From a virus (Duplodnaviria > Caudoviricetes): a stretch of 45,307 bases of DNA. The stretch is taken from positions 1 through 45,307 of the IMG/VR virus record IMGVR_UViG_3300023213_000009. One strand, given 5' to 3'. Below are positions 37,434 through 44,921 of this stretch, piece by piece. Numbering within the stretch: the first letter of the stretch is position 1; each line of letters starts with the position of its first letter. The notes beneath the pieces are model-generated. The model worked only from the letters and a program-made list of their open reading frames with translations, did no database searches and was not told where the DNA came from. Position numbers and translations under genes: made by a program.

Positions 37434-37700
37434 ATGACTGAGAGAACTTACGAATGTGAAATCTGCCAGTCTATCAATTCCGCTGCCAAGCTGCAATGCT
37501 CTACTTGCGGCACAATTCCTGCGCGCTATTCGGTCATTGGCAGGCCGGCAAAAATTGTGGACAGCCCATTAGACTCGTTTATTCCCGTTGTGAATGCTTA
37601 CGGCTGTCAGCGCGCTACAATGCGTCGCACAATCAAACGAGCACCTGTCTCACTTTCTTTTGCTCGCTACGCTGAAATTTACGGTGCCGACGAAAATTGA
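37434..37700 (+). CDS. Zn-ribbon (RanBP2-like) protein
   Basis: YECEICQSIN...QCSTCG; own promoter and SD. Confidence 0.75.
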   Translation: MTERTYECEICQSINSAAKLQCSTCGTIPARYSVIGRPAKIVDSPLDSFIPVVNAYGCQRATMRRTIKRAPVSLSFARYAEIYGADEN

Positions 37701-37785
37701 TACCTGGAAAAAATTCGTGCCAAACAAAAAAATACAGCCGTCTGAGATATACTCTCACGACGGCTGTATTCTTTACCGCGACGAA

Positions 37786-38316
37786 CTACGCCGACGGCTC
37801 AGCAGGAACAGCAGCAGGAACAGCAGCAGGAACAGCAGCTTTCGCAGCTTCCTGCGCTGCAACAATGCCGGGTCGAATGAGATTGACCGCCATCTCAATC
37901 GACACGTTTCCGAATGTGCTGTAATTTCTAACAGCCAAACGGAACCCTTTCTGAACCTCTTCAGGCCACGATGCATCGACGTATTCAGAAACCGGGTCAG
38001 ATGCAGCTTTGTAAGCTTGCTCATTAAATCCGGTAATGAGCAACGAAACGACTTGCGCTTCATCTTTCAGCGTCAATGCTGTCAGATTCATAAATTCGTC
38101 AATCGTTTCCGGCAGTGTCTCCTTTTTGCTTTCGTCGAATGCCTCGTATTTGATTTCCAATGGATTGCGACCGCGCGTCAGACCAAGAAACCAACGAACG
38201 CCCTTTCCCGTTCTCTTCTCGTTCAGCTTTGCCTCTTTCTTCTCCATTTCCTTCGCCCGCGCTTCGAGCGCCGCCTTGTTCTGTTCCTTCTCCGTCTGTT
38301 CGACTACTTGTGTCAT
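37786..38316 (-). CDS. Hypothetical protein with C-terminal AAVP repeats
   Basis: Own promoter; typical protein composition; ends AAKAAVPAAVPAAVPAEPSA. Confidence 0.8.
   Translation of the reverse strand: MTQVVEQTEKEQNKAALEARAKEMEKKEAKLNEKRTGKGVRWFLGLTRGRNPLEIKYEAFDESKKETLPETIDEFMNLTALTLKDEAQVVSLLITGFNEQAYKAASDPVSEYVDASWPEEVQKGFRLAVRNYSTFGNVSIEMAVNLIRPGIVAAQEAAKAAVPAAVPAAVPAEPSA
37801..37839 (+). repeat. 12-nt tandem repeat x3 (AGCAGGAACAGC)
   Basis: Direct reading; encodes AAVP on the - strand. Confidence 0.9.
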
Positions 38317-38367
38317 AACCCTAACCTCACAATCAGTCGGTTGAGCTGATTCCCTACCGACAACTAC

Positions 38368-38396
38368 ATCTTACCATACCGCTAGAGATTTGTCAA
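38368..38396 (-). promoter_or_regulatory. Sigma70-type promoter for 37786..38316
   Basis: TTGACA-17 nt-TAAGAT with TG extension. Confidence 0.8.
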
Positions 38397-38446
38397 GTTC
38401 ATTCGTCTTAAATTAATTATTACATTTTGGTGTTTCGAGATTTTGA

Positions 38447-38836
38447 CGCTGTCGGTCGTTGTCGAACGTTGTCGCACGATGCGGAAGATTTACCACCCCT
38501 TATTGCAGGCCGCTCGCTTCGCTAAGTCGCTCGCTCGCAACAAGTTAGGTCGGTTTTCGGCCGTTTTGCGTGGCTCAGTGGTCAAGGCAGCCCCCCACCC
38601 TATATCCCCCCCTTTCTCCCCCTATTTATTTTTATATATTTTTTTATATATTATTATATATATTAAAAGAATAGAAAGGGGTGTCCACTTCCGAGGACAC
38701 TTGACATGCCGGGGGCAAACGTGCTATACTCTGCTAGTCAGAATGTCGCAGATGCGAAATGCTCGCAAGTCGTTGGTTCTAAAGGGGTTAGGGGTTCCGG
38801 GCAATCTGCGACAACGGTCTGCACACAACGACAACG
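38447..38836. other. Candidate replication origin / recombination control region
   Basis: Bounded by the inverted repeat CGTTGTCGCA (38467-38476)/TGCGACAACG (38807-38816); two 25-nt imperfect palindromes; central C-tract plus pure A/T stretch. Confidence 0.5.
38701..38730 (+). promoter_or_regulatory. Sigma70-type promoter of the early + strand operon
   Basis: TTGACA-18 nt-TATACT with TG extension. Confidence 0.75.
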
Positions 38837-38863
38837 GGCGCCAACTAACAGCAGGAAACAATC

Positions 38864-39217
38864 ATGCTTGACACTGAATTAACGAAACAAATATTAGACA
38901 ATATCAAGTCTCAAGGTGCGACTACTAATAATATTCGCATCAATATAAACCTCGCAGACGTCGTTTCATATTCTTCAGGTTCACCCCGCATTCAAAAGAC
39001 ATTTAGCCGCAAAGCCGTTTTGATAGTCTCCCGCCCAAAAAACCTAGAAACAATTAATCAATTGGAAATTCGTTGCGCTCTATGCAAAAAGCCAATTAGT
39101 TATCCAGCATGGTATTATCACATCAAATACGCAGTGAATGAATTGCATTACTTTCTTTGCTTCGATAGTGAATCTTCAAACAAACCTTCAGCTAAATGTT
39201 ACCGAAAGGATGTGTAG
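38864..39217 (+). CDS. Early hypothetical protein (Cys/His), ends RKDV
   Basis: SD CAGGA; CALC, HYFLC. Confidence 0.75.
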   Translation: MLDTELTKQILDNIKSQGATTNNIRININLADVVSYSSGSPRIQKTFSRKAVLIVSRPKNLETINQLEIRCALCKKPISYPAWYYHIKYAVNELHYFLCFDSESSNKPSAKCYRKDV

Positions 39218-39218
39218 A

Positions 39219-39359
39219 ATGATGTTTTTATTTTGTGATAATTGTAAATGTCCACAAGACCACATTTGGTCCGTAAGATTTGGAACATGGATTTGTGCTA
39301 TTTGTAAGTATCCACATATTGCAGGAACTAAAGCAAAGGAAATAAGAAAGGATGTGTAG
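39219..39359 (+). CDS. Small Zn-ribbon protein, ends RKDV
   Basis: MMFLFCDNCKC...WICAICK; start within the junction repeat. Confidence 0.7.
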   Translation: MMFLFCDNCKCPQDHIWSVRFGTWICAICKYPHIAGTKAKEIRKDV

Positions 39360-39360
39360 A

Positions 39361-39552
39361 ATGACTAGAAAACATAGAGAGCAATACCAACCGAGATATC
39401 GCGTATTCATTTATCGTCCACACCATAGCGGAATTGGTTCAACATTTGTTAAAGAAGTTTCAGTTACAGAAAAACCTTCATTTGATAATTGTGATTTTTT
39501 CGATGAAACTAACAGAGTTTGGGCAAGATGGGAACATAGAAAGGATGTGTAG
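39361..39552 (+). CDS. Small hypothetical protein, ends RKDV
   Basis: Start within the junction repeat. Confidence 0.7.
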   Translation: MTRKHREQYQPRYRVFIYRPHHSGIGSTFVKEVSVTEKPSFDNCDFFDETNRVWARWEHRKDV

Positions 39553-39553
39553 A

Positions 39554-39709
39554 ATGGGAAAGCTATTTGATTGGAGAATATTCAACTGGGGTAAATATCG
39601 TGAAGAAGATTATGAAGGTTCAAACGAAACTTTCGCTACAACCTATTTCTTCAGGATATTAATAGGTCGTTATTCAACAGGATGGGAGTTTACCATTTAT
39701 GACAAATAA
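39554..39709 (+). CDS. Small aromatic-rich hypothetical protein
   Basis: MGKLFDWRIFNWG...; start within the junction repeat. Confidence 0.7.
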   Translation: MGKLFDWRIFNWGKYREEDYEGSNETFATTYFFRILIGRYSTGWEFTIYDK

Positions 39710-39896
39710 TCATCTATGTTGCTTGTGTCTAAAGTTCATAGATGAAACACCTAAATACGTGTTATCAGCTAAAGATAGAAACGGAGTCGATTACTTCAAA
39801 CGAATTCACAAAGGTTGTCTCACAAGATTTATGGAAGAGTTGACTCCAATTCAATTCGATGAAGTTTGTAAAATGAATAAGTATTTGGAGAATTAA
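39699..39896 (+). CDS. Small Cys/His protein
   Basis: CCLC...HKGC. Confidence 0.7.
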   Translation: MTNNHLCCLCLKFIDETPKYVLSAKDRNGVDYFKRIHKGCLTRFMEELTPIQFDEVCKMNKYLEN

Positions 39897-39901
39897 CAAT
39901 T

Positions 39902-40159
39902 ATGAGTAAATATTGCGTTGAATGTTTAACAGAACATCCCGAGCCGGATTGGCCTTGGGAGAAATTCAATAAACCGGTCTACTGGTCGTTACCGAATGAC
40001 GGCGCCAAGATTAAATGTCGGGACTGCGATGAGAATCTTAATTGCAGCGACGTTTATCTCACACAAATACCTTGCGGACATAGGTTAGTTGTCTGCAAGG
40101 AATGCATAGATAAACATTGGTTATCAATAGCTGAATATAAAGGAGTATTTGACAAATGA
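39902..40159 (+). CDS. Small Cys-rich protein
   Basis: CVEC, CRDC, PCGH...CKEC (RING-like). Confidence 0.7.
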   Translation: MSKYCVECLTEHPEPDWPWEKFNKPVYWSLPNDGAKIKCRDCDENLNCSDVYLTQIPCGHRLVVCKECIDKHWLSIAEYKGVFDK

Positions 40160-40251
40160 ATTTCTATTACAAATATGAGAAAGTAATCCTACTAATAGCG
40201 TATTTGATAGTTACGTTATTAGCCGTATTCCCGTTGTTGCTAATCAAGTAG
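40156..40251 (+). CDS. 31-aa single-pass membrane peptide (not in ORF track)
   Basis: MNFYYKYEKVILLIAYLIVTLLAVFPLLLIK; ATGA coupled, SD AGGAG. Confidence 0.6.
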   Translation: MNFYYKYEKVILLIAYLIVTLLAVFPLLLIK

Positions 40252-40282
40252 TCAGTTAATTCAGTAACAAAGGAGAGATGAA

Positions 40283-40597
40283 ATGGCATTTCAGAATAAT
40301 CCACGTTTGCAGGGAGAACAGGGAGAAGGACAAGTAAAGCGATATGTGCATCAGCCGTTGCATGTAGACCATTTTGGTATCCATGCTGAAATTAAGCCGA
40401 ATGGACACGTCGTTATTACTGGTCCTGCACAACAAGTAAAAGGAAATAAAGACGAAGTTGAATATGATGAAGTGGAAATTCCAGCTTCATTGATATTCAA
40501 GCTTGCTAACTTGTTGAAAGTTACAAGAAGTGTTACATACGCTGATATAGTTCCGGCTGGAACTAAGAGTGAGCCAGAACCCGGTTCAGGTAAGTAA
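40283..40597 (+). CDS. Hypothetical protein
   Basis: Strong SD AAGGAG. Confidence 0.8.
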   Translation: MAFQNNPRLQGEQGEGQVKRYVHQPLHVDHFGIHAEIKPNGHVVITGPAQQVKGNKDEVEYDEVEIPASLIFKLANLLKVTRSVTYADIVPAGTKSEPEPGSGK

Positions 40598-40769
40598 AGT
40601 TTTTTATTCGTCGCATCGAATTTGTCCTAATTGTGCTCTCTACACTTACAGAAGGAAAAAGAGAACACAAAAGGGATGGTTTCGGTGCGACGAATGTTTT
40701 AGATTGTGGAGATACAATGATAAAGAAAGGAAAGGCAACAGTTCAATACACAAATCATGCAATGAATAA
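40569..40769 (+). CDS. Possible Zn-ribbon protein
   Basis: CPNC...GWFRCDEC; start uncertain, overlaps both neighbours. Confidence 0.45.
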   Translation: MSQNPVQVSKVFYSSHRICPNCALYTYRRKKRTQKGWFRCDECFRLWRYNDKERKGNSSIHKSCNE

Positions 40770-40896
40770 GAATGAACGTTGTGAATTGTGTAGGTATTTT
40801 TTACCTGCATTTGAAGATGATTTTAGTAAATGTATGAAGGTACTAGGTTCAATAGCCGCTAACGGCTGGTGCAAGTTGTTTAAAAGGAGTAAGTAA
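40717..40896 (+). CDS. High-potential iron-sulfur protein (HiPIP)-like, no signal peptide
   Basis: KATVQY...RCELCRYF...KCMKVLGSIAANGWCKLF gives Y, CxxC, C and GWC, the HiPIP signature; SD GGAG. Confidence 0.8.
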   Translation: MIKKGKATVQYTNHAMNKNERCELCRYFLPAFEDDFSKCMKVLGSIAANGWCKLFKRSK

Positions 40897-40897
40897 G

Positions 40898-41101
40898 ATG
40901 ACTTGTCAATGTGAATTTTGTAGACAATGTGCTTATTGTGGACATAAAGCAGATGAACATTTAGCCGGTGATGGACATTGTTTTGAATGTGAATGCATTG
41001 GCTTTTGTGAGTCATTAGCTAGTGCATGGAACAATCTTCAGATTCTACATCCACATAAATTCGGTTCACTTCAGGAATTTATTAATAAGTGGACTAGGTG
41101 A
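40898..41101 (+). CDS. Small Cys/His-rich protein
   Basis: CQCEFC, CAYCGH...H...HCFECEC. Confidence 0.7.
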   Translation: MTCQCEFCRQCAYCGHKADEHLAGDGHCFECECIGFCESLASAWNNLQILHPHKFGSLQEFINKWTR

Positions 41102-41802
41102 GTTGGATTTGTCCTAAATGTGGATTGAATAACGTTAATTACAATAAGCTCTGTGCGAATTGGAAATGCAAAGCAGTCGGACAGCCGCAAGGATTCGATG
41201 AATTTGACAAGATTTTACAAAGGCAATTCGACAGAGCAATGGGATGGGATTATATGAGTGATTTACCAACTTACAAAGATTTGTTCAATAGTTTCTGTGA
41301 GAACCCAAAAGTTCTAGGTATGAATAACCTGGAATTAAGGGCGCATAGAGAAAAACTAATGGCGATATCATTTCAGGCGAGAGCTGAAATAGATGGCGCC
41401 AAGCATTTGTTAGATACCACTGAGTTTGATGAAAACACGAAGAAGAGACGAGCGAGAAAGAATGGAGATTTACATAAGAAAGAAATAGGTTTCGAGCGTA
41501 GTGTTAATGAAGATACGACTGGCACGAATGCTATTGCTAAAATAAAAGAGCGCCAAGCAAGAATGAGTAAAACAGAAAAGCTTCAGGAAGGATTAAAGAA
41601 GCTTTTCATGGATTCTGGTATGTCTGAAGCTGATGCTAAAGCTGAAGCTGAGAGAAGAATGACAGCCGGACACATCCTAGAGAGAGTTAAAGGTGCAGCA
41701 GAGAAGATATTAGATAAGCAAGAACCTAATGCACCTATTCAGTCGAGTAACGTTGTTTCGAGAGAAAGCTTACTAGCTCATTTAATGAAAGGTAAAAAAT
41801 GA
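41098..41802 (+). CDS. Hypothetical protein with N-terminal RanBP2-like Zn finger
   Basis: WICPKCG..N...C...KC followed by a helical region. Confidence 0.7.
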   Translation: MSWICPKCGLNNVNYNKLCANWKCKAVGQPQGFDEFDKILQRQFDRAMGWDYMSDLPTYKDLFNSFCENPKVLGMNNLELRAHREKLMAISFQARAEIDGAKHLLDTTEFDENTKKRRARKNGDLHKKEIGFERSVNEDTTGTNAIAKIKERQARMSKTEKLQEGLKKLFMDSGMSEADAKAEAERRMTAGHILERVKGAAEKILDKQEPNAPIQSSNVVSRESLLAHLMKGKK

Positions 41803-41978
41803 TTACTAATAAATGGTATGTTGATGAAAATAATTTAAATGAAGTAGTAATTAGGAGATTAGAAGATGATATTTCAATATTGCAGATGTCAAGTGAAAAG
41901 CTAAATCGAGAAGAGATGATAGACGTAGCAAAGCAGATAGTTGATGACTGGAATTTTGATTGTGAGGAGTTAGAATAA
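41799..41978 (+). CDS. Small acidic protein (59 aa, not in ORF track)
   Basis: MITNKWYVDENNLNEVVIRR...; coupled at both ends. Confidence 0.65.
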   Translation: MITNKWYVDENNLNEVVIRRLEDDISILQMSSEKLNREEMIDVAKQIVDDWNFDCEELE

Positions 41979-43579
41979 TGGCGCTAACACAGATAATTAG
42001 GCAGCAATGTCCAGTCTGTAAGAAAATAGCTATTGAAGAGAGTAGACTACGTGTAGGTAAAACTATTCTTATTCAATTAGCTTGTGGTCATATGATGCGT
42101 CAGGAATCTCTAGCATCATCTGACACTGAATATGCTTCAATAGTCTTTACTGATGGTTGTAAGCCTAGACCATATCAGATTGATGCAATGAAATTCGCTG
42201 AAGAATCAAATATTCGTTGCATTATTGCTGATGAAGCTGGATTAGGAAAAACAATTGAATCAGCAAGTCTTTTACGTTTGCATCCAGACAAGCTTCTACC
42301 TGCAATAATCGTCTGCCCGTCTACCGTCAAATTACAGTGGATGTATGAAATCCACAGAATTTGCTCTGATGGTTCTGGAGCAAAAGACCCAAGATTCCTT
42401 ACACAAGTCATTTCTTCCGGTAAAGAGAAAGCTTTACCCGGATTCCAAATCTACGTTGTTACCTACGATATGCTTAAGAAGGAAGAAATATTTAAATTAC
42501 TTCCAGAAAACTACGTAAAAACAATAATTATTGATGAATGCCAGAAGATTAAGAATCATCTATCAGACCGCGCTAAGGCAGTTCAGAGAATTGGAAAGAG
42601 CACACCACATATCATTGCCATGTCAGGTACTCCGATTAAGAACAATGCAGGAGAGTATTTCACTGTTCTTAATCTAGTCAAGCCGATGATGTTTCCACAT
42701 TATCAGCGTTACATCGACACATATTGTGACGCATACCATAACGGATGGGCATTGAAAGTAGGTGGATTAAAAGACGCTGAAAGATTCCATGAAGACACTA
42801 AAGACATCATTATTCGCCGTACCAAGTCCGAGGTTTTAAAGGACTTGCCTTCTCTCGATAGGAAATTTCATCATGTTGAGTTAGATAGAAAACTCAACAA
42901 GGTATATGATGAAGCAATGAAAGAACTAGATGACATAATGTATGGTGATGACAATGAATTTCAGAAAATGGGGAGTATCATTGCCATATATTCTAGGTTA
43001 AGACATATTACAGGTATCAGCAAAGTAACAGATTGTGTTGATTTCGTTACTACACATCTATTGAGTACTGGTAGAAAGATTGTAGTCTTTGTGCATCATC
43101 AGGATGTAGCCGGAATGCTCGAAGCACAACTTAATGCTGTGATGGGTGCAGAAGAAATAGGCGGTAGATGTCTAACTCTATCAGCCGCATTAGACGGACT
43201 AGGTAGAGCAAACGTAGTTGCTAAGTTTAAAGAAGATGAATCTAGCAGGGTTTTAATTGCTAGTACGTTGGCAGCAGGGGAAGGATTGAATTTACAGTTC
43301 TGTTCTGATGCAGTGATTCTAGAACGTCAGTGGAATCCGGCTAATGAAGAACAAGCTGAAGGAAGATTTCATAGATTCGGCCAGCAAAACAACGTAACTA
43401 TCACATACATGTTAGCTAGTGAAACTATAGATGAATACTTTACTGAATTAGTTGAATCTAAGAGAGCTATTGTTGCTGCGACATTAGACAATAAACAAAT
43501 TCAGTGGGACCAACAATCACTCATGAAAGAACTAGCAGAAATTCTTCTTCAGAAAGGAAAGAAGCCATGGAGATTATAA
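41978..43579 (+). CDS. SNF2-family (SF2) helicase/translocase
   Basis: RPYQ, ADEAGLGKT, IIDECQKIKN, SGTP, GEGLNLQ, WNPANEEQAEGRFHRFGQ. Confidence 0.93.
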   Translation: MALTQIIRQQCPVCKKIAIEESRLRVGKTILIQLACGHMMRQESLASSDTEYASIVFTDGCKPRPYQIDAMKFAEESNIRCIIADEAGLGKTIESASLLRLHPDKLLPAIIVCPSTVKLQWMYEIHRICSDGSGAKDPRFLTQVISSGKEKALPGFQIYVVTYDMLKKEEIFKLLPENYVKTIIIDECQKIKNHLSDRAKAVQRIGKSTPHIIAMSGTPIKNNAGEYFTVLNLVKPMMFPHYQRYIDTYCDAYHNGWALKVGGLKDAERFHEDTKDIIIRRTKSEVLKDLPSLDRKFHHVELDRKLNKVYDEAMKELDDIMYGDDNEFQKMGSIIAIYSRLRHITGISKVTDCVDFVTTHLLSTGRKIVVFVHHQDVAGMLEAQLNAVMGAEEIGGRCLTLSAALDGLGRANVVAKFKEDESSRVLIASTLAAGEGLNLQFCSDAVILERQWNPANEEQAEGRFHRFGQQNNVTITYMLASETIDEYFTELVESKRAIVAATLDNKQIQWDQQSLMKELAEILLQKGKKPWRL

Positions 43580-43791
43580 AAGATGAGTCTTTTGAGAGAG
43601 ATATGGTATTACTAGATGCTTTGAGAAAGATTAGTGATAGTCTTGTAGATTCACTAAAAGATATAAGTGAAATTAACAAAAAGAAAGATGAGAGTATTTT
43701 GATGATGCTAACTATGATAACAGAATCTATTACAGACCTTCGCTCTCGAATAGAATCGATAGAAAACAAATTTAAGATAGATATACATTGA
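43567..43791 (+). CDS. Small coiled-coil protein
   Basis: Likely ATG at 43567. Confidence 0.65.
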   Translation: MEIIKDESFERDMVLLDALRKISDSLVDSLKDISEINKKKDESILMMLTMITESITDLRSRIESIENKFKIDIH

Positions 43792-44003
43792 TGACAGATA
43801 AGAACGATAGTTTAGACAATGTATACCTTATGCCAGAATATATTAAATGTCCTACTTGTGGATTCAAATATACTCTTTACGACGTGTTGACTGGCCTACT
43901 CTTTGATGATAAAATAATATGTGTTAATTGTTCAGGCACAATAACCAAGAATTACGTTGGCAAATTTTTAGGAGTCATCAAAGATGTCAGACCAGAAAGA
44001 TAA
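43788..44003 (+). CDS. Small Zn-ribbon protein
   Basis: KCPTCG...ICVNC. Confidence 0.65.
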   Translation: MMTDKNDSLDNVYLMPEYIKCPTCGFKYTLYDVLTGLLFDDKIICVNCSGTITKNYVGKFLGVIKDVRPER

Positions 44004-44283
44004 AATAGCATACACATACGCACCGAATTTCGATGCTCCATTCCTAGAAGCAAAAGAAGGAGTAGAGCTGGTACAAAAAATTTTGATTTTACTAGAACCA
44101 TATAATCCTAATTCTGCTAGAAATGCACTATGTTTAGCATTATCAGCCGTTCATCATATACTTCGTGGAGATAAAGCATTTGGATATAGTTTAACTCAAT
44201 TAATTGAGATGCATCAGACGTACAAAGAAGGTGTAGACTACGATATTATTCAATTTCCAAAGTTGGGAAGTGAGAATCACTGA
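43984..44283 (+). CDS. Hypothetical protein
   Basis: SD AGGAG; in operon. Confidence 0.7.
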   Translation: MSDQKDKIAYTYAPNFDAPFLEAKEGVELVQKILILLEPYNPNSARNALCLALSAVHHILRGDKAFGYSLTQLIEMHQTYKEGVDYDIIQFPKLGSENH

Positions 44284-44531
44284 TGGATTCAATCAACGTC
44301 CCAGACTTAGAAGGACCAATGTCTCTATTATGTTGGGTCCAAAGTAAAACGATGGTCCGATGTGATAGAGTCGCTGGGCATGTAGGTCTACATTCATGGG
44401 AACATCTTAATTTAGATAAAATTAAAAGAAAATCTGAATGGGCTATTTCTATGGAATGGCAAGTAAATAAAACTGTACCAGGACATAAAACTCAGTATTA
44501 CATCAACATTAGAGATTTGGGGATAGAATGA
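44283..44531 (+). CDS. Small Cys/His protein
   Basis: C...RCDRVAGHVGLH. Confidence 0.65.
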   Translation: MDSINVPDLEGPMSLLCWVQSKTMVRCDRVAGHVGLHSWEHLNLDKIKRKSEWAISMEWQVNKTVPGHKTQYYINIRDLGIE

Positions 44532-44713
44532 GAATTTGTGAAGATTGTCTCGAAGAACTAGATGAATCTGAGTTTGATGAAAATGATACTATTTGTACTT
44601 TTTGTAAAGAATGTATCAAAGAAGAATATTATGAATATGACATACTTGAAGAAGAATATTATGAATCTAAAAAAGTAGAAGATGAAGATGAGGACGATAA
44701 TGGCGACGATTGA
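44528..44713 (+). CDS. Highly acidic small Zn-binding protein
   Basis: ICEDC...ICTFC; Asp/Glu-rich with EEYYE x2. Confidence 0.65.
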   Translation: MRICEDCLEELDESEFDENDTICTFCKECIKEEYYEYDILEEEYYESKKVEDEDEDDNGDD

Positions 44714-44921
44714 TAATAAAAAAATAATTGACAATATTATTAAAAATGATGGATATTATGAAGATGACCCTCGCGTCGCAATGATAGTAGAATATGAAAA
44801 TGTATATGGTAGTATTACATGGGGTGTTACTTGGTCTAATGAACCAAAGCAATATCAGAGAAGATATTTGATTGAAAGCACTTACATTAATAATCCAAAA
44901 ATTATTTGGGAGGCCAAATGA
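44700..44921 (+). CDS. Hypothetical phage protein
   Basis: MATIDNKKIIDNIIKNDGYYEDDP; SD GAGG. Confidence 0.75.
   Translation: MATIDNKKIIDNIIKNDGYYEDDPRVAMIVEYENVYGSITWGVTWSNEPKQYQRRYLIESTYINNPKIIWEAK

Larger units (their letters stand above)
39204..39556 (+). repeat. Three exact copies of GAAAGGATGTGTAGAATG at gene junctions (39204, 39346, 39539)
   Basis: Each copy contains SD AAGGA, the TAG stop of one gene and the ATG of the next. Confidence 0.95.

Noticed and set aside
37594-38349. 251-aa + strand ORF and other overlapping ORFs
   Set aside because: These are shadows of the 176-aa - strand gene, which has its own promoter and normal composition.
38443-38871. 142-aa ORF over the control region
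   Set aside because: It crosses homopolymer and AT tracts and a promoter, and its composition is implausible.
39204-39556. CRISPR mini-array reading of the 18-nt repeats
   Set aside because: The repeats are short and non-palindromic, the intervals (124 and 175 nt) are unequal and protein-coding, and there is no cas operon. The Cas4-like gene is a typical stand-alone phage exonuclease.
70-44852. Numerous short antisense or out-of-frame ORFs in the track
   Set aside because: They overlap well-supported genes, lack SD or coupling, and show no recognisable motifs.
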